NCBI GenBank assembly: GCA_041907665.1
Contig: JAYRGW010000001.1
Span: forward strand, 93,915 to 157,914
Direction of reading: 5' to 3'
Source: Bacteroidaceae bacterium
Lineage (GTDB): Bacteria > Bacteroidota > Bacteroidia > Bacteroidales > Bacteroidaceae
Length of the DNA: 64,000 nucleotides
The notes under the pieces are model-generated. The model had not been told where the DNA came from. It saw only the letters and a program-made list of their open reading frames with translations, and made no database searches. Within the stretch, counting starts at the first letter, position 1. The number at the start of each line of letters is the position of its first letter. Below are positions 60,529 through 64,000 of the stretch, piece by piece. The position numbers were made by a program, and so were the translations under genes.

Positions 60529-63500
60529 CTATTTTTGTAGTTCTTCACTTAAAATTAAGGTCTCTTCGCTATCATCCACTCTATTTTGAGTGAGGATGAT
60601 GCGAGCCAAATATTCCGTTTTTATTTTTTTCGGAAGCTTGGTTGCGTCTTTTAATGCCAATTGATTGATAAAACGTATTTCAAAACCTGATAAGGCGTCT
60701 GCTTTGACAACCGACATTAAATCAAACAAATAGTCGGCTGGCAATAGTTCGTTTTTTTGAAGAACCTTTATTTTTGATACAGCATTCAGAATATCTTTCT
60801 CATTGCGGTCTTTTACATCACTGCTGAATAGGGCTGATTTGACTTTTTGGTAAACGTCATCAAAGTCTTTACTAAAATCTACAGGCTCTTCTTCTCGTTT
60901 AGCAGCGAATAGAGATAAAGCTGTTTCGGCAGAAATCATAACAGGAACAATGGATTTGCTTCCTATTTTAAAGACGAAATCATTTCCTTTCTTTCCAAAC
61001 AGAAGCACACCTTGTTGAGGTTTTTTAATATCACGAGCAGTGCGGGCACGATGTGGCATCAGCAATGCCTTTTCGTAAGCTTCCGTTCCTTTCAGTTCGT
61101 TCAAAAGTTTCCGATAAGGTGTATCCCAAGAAGATTCTTCATTGCGTGTAAATTCTTTGCGGTAACGTTCCTTGAAGTATGCTTGGACTTCTTCATCTTT
61201 GGTCAATGCTCTGGTATCTTCTCCCATGATGGCATGAATCATAGCCATTTTTAGTGTGGAGATTTCTTTGGTGCGGGTTTCTGCTTCACCAACGTCCGTT
61301 GGGAAGTAATTGTAAATATAGAGTTCTTCGAATACTTTTTTGTTAATACGGTTGATTCGTCCAATGCGTTGAATGACACGAGTTGGATTATAAGGAATGT
61401 CATAATTGAATATAGCACCGGCACGATGGAGATTGTAACCTTCAGAAATCGCATCGGTTGCTATTAATATGTGATAATCATTTTGCTGCAACGAAGATTT
61501 CAGACCTGCATCAAAATTGGCTCTTATACGGTCTTTGTTGATTTGTGTAGCATCTGCCGATGTATATTTCATAACGGGAAGACCGGCTTTCTGAAGTGCT
61601 TTTCCTAAATAATTAACAGTATCGGCATATTCTGAAAATACAATCAATTTTCGATTGGGGTCACTCTTCATCATTTTCCGAATTATCTTGATGAATGAGT
61701 CAAGTTTCGGGTCAAAATGAATGGTATTATCCGTCCCAAACCATTGTTCGCGCAAGTTATTAAGAAGTTGAAGGTCTGATTTCACATTTTCAATGAAGTC
61801 ATCCTTCACATATTTCATGTCGATCTCGAAGAAGCCTTTAGTCTCGTATTTATCAAAAATGTCTTCGATTTCTTCTATTCCGTCTTCTGTGGATTCATAG
61901 AAATCGTTTACATCAGGAAGATTACCTTTCTTGTATACAGGTATTTTATGGCGTGTCTCCACCCATTTTAAGATATGTTCCGAAGATTGAATCATATAGC
62001 CCAATGAGGATTGGAATGCGGCGACAGAACTTTCAAATCGACCAACTAACAAGTGGCGCATGAAACTTGCCACATTAGCTTGTCGTCCAATCAACAAATT
62101 GAAATTGATTCCGGTTTTTTCTTCCAGTTCCTTGGCCAGTTTCTCTTTCATCTCCTCGTAAACGTATAGAACAGGAGAATAACGAGCAGCCTTGAATCTA
62201 TAAATATCGGTATTGGTGTTTTCGGATTTGCTAATACGGTCTAATGTCGTTAAATATAAATCTTTTAATTCACTTAGGTCGTAAGTAAGCTCTGCAGGAT
62301 CATTCGGGATGACAAGCTTAATACCCTGCTGCTTTAGATCGGCTGCATATTCATCAATCTCTTGCAAATCCAGGCGTGAGCGACGCACCACCAATGGGAT
62401 GATAATGGAACGAATATTCTTTGAAATATTTTTCACCTCGGCTTTAACTTCTTCCTCCGAGCTTTTCCCTTTTCGTTGAGCTTCACGCAAATCACGATAT
62501 TTGTCTATAAGATTTTTGAACGCTGCTCCTAGATTTTCCACAGTCTTAAGTGTAGAGCGTGAAGGTATTTGGAAGAGCTTTATTAATGAGTATATATCAG
62601 CTGGCTGATTATTGAATGGTGTTGCGGTTAACAATAATACTTTATTGCCCGAACAAAGATTATGAAGCAGAGCGTAATCTTGCGTATATTCATTGCGGAA
62701 GCGATGGGCTTCATCAATGATAATCAGAAATTGTTCATTCTCTTTTACCAGTTCCTCATAATGGAGTAACGCATTTTCAATTTTACCGGCACTAAACACG
62801 GAAGCGGTGAAGCCAAATTCATCTCGATAATCTTCCCATTGTTTATATAAGTGAGGTGGACAGACAACTATTGTTCTTAATTTTAGATTACGTGCAATGG
62901 TTGAAGCAATAATACTTTTTCCAAGACCTACCACATCGGCCACAATAGCGCCATTATGATTTTCCAGTGCATTTAATGCCATTTGAACTGCGTCTGTCTG
63001 ATATCTTAAATTGGAATATTTACCATCAGTAATATCATAGGGGGTAAGCAGGTTCTCTTTAGTAGGGATGGCAAAGAATTCATGAAGCACACGGATATAT
63101 ATTAAGAATGGGGAATAAATGTGATCGTACCAAATGCGAGTCATTACTTTATTATTCCATTCATCTACATTGTCTTTGTTTGCAACTACAACAGAGTCTT
63201 TCCAAAGTTCTTCAAATATTTTTTGACCTTCCTCATAATCTGTTTTATCGTTAAAACGAGCATTTAGTTCCAATCGTCCGGTTAAACCTTGATAAGAAAG
63301 GTTGCTTGAACCTGTAATTACCACTCCTGGCAATTCGCCATTTTCGTTCATTTGGTCATTATAAGCGAACAGATACATTTTGGAGTGGCATGGCTCAAGA
63401 GTCTTTCTTATTTCCAGTGACCCATCTACAATTTTTCCATAGAACATCTTGAATTGTTCCAATTTCTCGACCGTATCCAAGAAGTCTGTATCGTTGAATA

Positions 63501-63780
63501 TTTTTACAAACTGTTTGTAATATTCTTCTTTAATGTTACTTCGTGAGGGTAAGGTTTGTCTGAAGTTTTCTACTTCACAGATATGTTTAGTTATTTGCAA
63601 ATCTACATCAAGTCCGACGAGAATACGAATATTTTTATCTTTTAGGTTATTGGATAATTCAATATAACCGGAATAGTAGAAATATCCCACAAGTATATCA
63701 ACAGTATCTGTCTTTGGAAGAATGCCATTAATAATATCTGAAAGAAATTTTTCTTTATTTGTAATGAAATTGCTACTCAT
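60529..63780 (-). CDS. PLD-family nuclease domain fused to an SNF2-type superfamily-2 helicase
   Basis: 1083 aa. The N-terminus has an HKD motif (CHSKMYLF...VITGSSNLS). Helicase motifs are motif I (VVGLGKS), motif II (IIIDEAHRFRN), motif III (LLLTATPFNN) and motif VI (QRIGRINR). Confidence 0.85.
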   Translation of the reverse strand: MSSNFITNKEKFLSDIINGILPKTDTVDILVGYFYYSGYIELSNNLKDKNIRILVGLDVDLQITKHICEVENFRQTLPSRSNIKEEYYKQFVKIFNDTDFLDTVEKLEQFKMFYGKIVDGSLEIRKTLEPCHSKMYLFAYNDQMNENGELPGVVITGSSNLSYQGLTGRLELNARFNDKTDYEEGQKIFEELWKDSVVVANKDNVDEWNNKVMTRIWYDHIYSPFLIYIRVLHEFFAIPTKENLLTPYDITDGKYSNLRYQTDAVQMALNALENHNGAIVADVVGLGKSIIASTIARNLKLRTIVVCPPHLYKQWEDYRDEFGFTASVFSAGKIENALLHYEELVKENEQFLIIIDEAHRFRNEYTQDYALLHNLCSGNKVLLLTATPFNNQPADIYSLIKLFQIPSRSTLKTVENLGAAFKNLIDKYRDLREAQRKGKSSEEEVKAEVKNISKNIRSIIIPLVVRRSRLDLQEIDEYAADLKQQGIKLVIPNDPAELTYDLSELKDLYLTTLDRISKSENTNTDIYRFKAARYSPVLYVYEEMKEKLAKELEEKTGINFNLLIGRQANVASFMRHLLVGRFESSVAAFQSSLGYMIQSSEHILKWVETRHKIPVYKKGNLPDVNDFYESTEDGIEEIEDIFDKYETKGFFEIDMKYVKDDFIENVKSDLQLLNNLREQWFGTDNTIHFDPKLDSFIKIIRKMMKSDPNRKLIVFSEYADTVNYLGKALQKAGLPVMKYTSADATQINKDRIRANFDAGLKSSLQQNDYHILIATDAISEGYNLHRAGAIFNYDIPYNPTRVIQRIGRINRINKKVFEELYIYNYFPTDVGEAETRTKEISTLKMAMIHAIMGEDTRALTKDEEVQAYFKERYRKEFTRNEESSWDTPYRKLLNELKGTEAYEKALLMPHRARTARDIKKPQQGVLLFGKKGNDFVFKIGSKSIVPVMISAETALSLFAAKREEEPVDFSKDFDDVYQKVKSALFSSDVKDRNEKDILNAVSKIKVLQKNELLPADYLFDLMSVVKADALSGFEIRFINQLALKDATKLPKKIKTEYLARIILTQNRVDDSEETLILSEELQK

Positions 63781-64000
63781 ACCTTTTAATTTATTTAAGC
63801 GACAGCTGTATTTTGTTTTTCATCCGCTTACGGACTGTAATCTCAGTTCTACTTAATTGCTCTGCCAACCATTTTATTGGTTTGTCGTTTTCAGCCTAAG
63901 CCATCTTAATCCTATTTTTAGCTATTGTTCGCATATCGTTTGATAATAACTTATCTATTTACGATACAAAATTAGCAGAATATGTTTATAAATAAGTGTA

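Noticed and set aside
56140-63780. Classifying the helicase/methylase operon as BREX, DISARM or Hma.
   Set aside because: Within the window there is no PglZ, BrxC/PglY, BrxA/B/L, DrmA, DrmB (DUF1998) or ATPase gene. The PglX-like methylase and SNF2 helicase alone are not diagnostic. The caveat is that genes beyond 64000 are unseen.
54100-64000. Calling the island a mobile element (ICE, transposon or prophage).
   Set aside because: No integrase, transposase, relaxase or phage structural gene is present. No terminal repeats are visible in the window. Only compositional and junction evidence exists.

Overview
The window looks like a Bacteroidales chromosome segment. The evidence is SusC/SusD pairs, DUF5683 and DUF6377 genes, a MurF-Alr fusion, and TAnnTTTG-type -7 promoter boxes. 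All family calls come from reading motifs in the supplied translations. No database search was run. The window has four blocks. (1) 1-19.8 kb is an alpha-glucan (starch/maltodextrin) utilisation locus: MFS transporter fragment, type I pullulanase, GH77, GH97, SusC/SusD and a GH13 enzyme. Two paralogous membrane-anchored TPR+HTH (DUF6377-type) regulators flank a Tat-exported DUF4434-like protein. No SusR or hybrid two-component regulator is present. Each regulator gene is followed by a nearly superimposable promoter architecture: two CTACTTWTTY boxes exactly 68 bp apart, then a -7 box exactly 44 bp after the proximal box. (2) 20-29 kb holds a GH95 enzyme and a heavy-metal-type RND efflux operon that is led by a small His-rich two-TM protein. 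(3) 29-52 kb is housekeeping: alaS, merR-like, relA/spoT, mltD-like, DUF5683, parB, parA, surE, lpxB, cdsA, ftsH, rsfS, tRNA-Gln, GH127, tatC, tatA, murF-alr, GSCFA, rmuC. (4) 52.6-64 kb holds dinD and a degraded, 3'-truncated yhcG-like nuclease gene, followed by a visibly AT-rich accessory island transcribed entirely on the minus strand. The main candidate for an undescribed system lies in block 4. It is a tightly coupled operon encoding a PLD-nuclease/SNF2-helicase fusion, a 1140-aa gamma-class N6-adenine methyltransferase with a specificity domain, and an unknown 318-aa protein with a HEPN-like Rx4H motif. Downstream are a class-II Fic gene and a 218-aa unknown gene. A vestigial duplicate of the 218-aa gene's 5' end suggests the Fic cassette was inserted between operon genes 3 and 4. 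A 42-bp x3 repeat carrying phased ATGTACAYG palindromes lies between Fic and the 218-aa gene. The island continues past the right edge of the window, so its full gene content is unknown.
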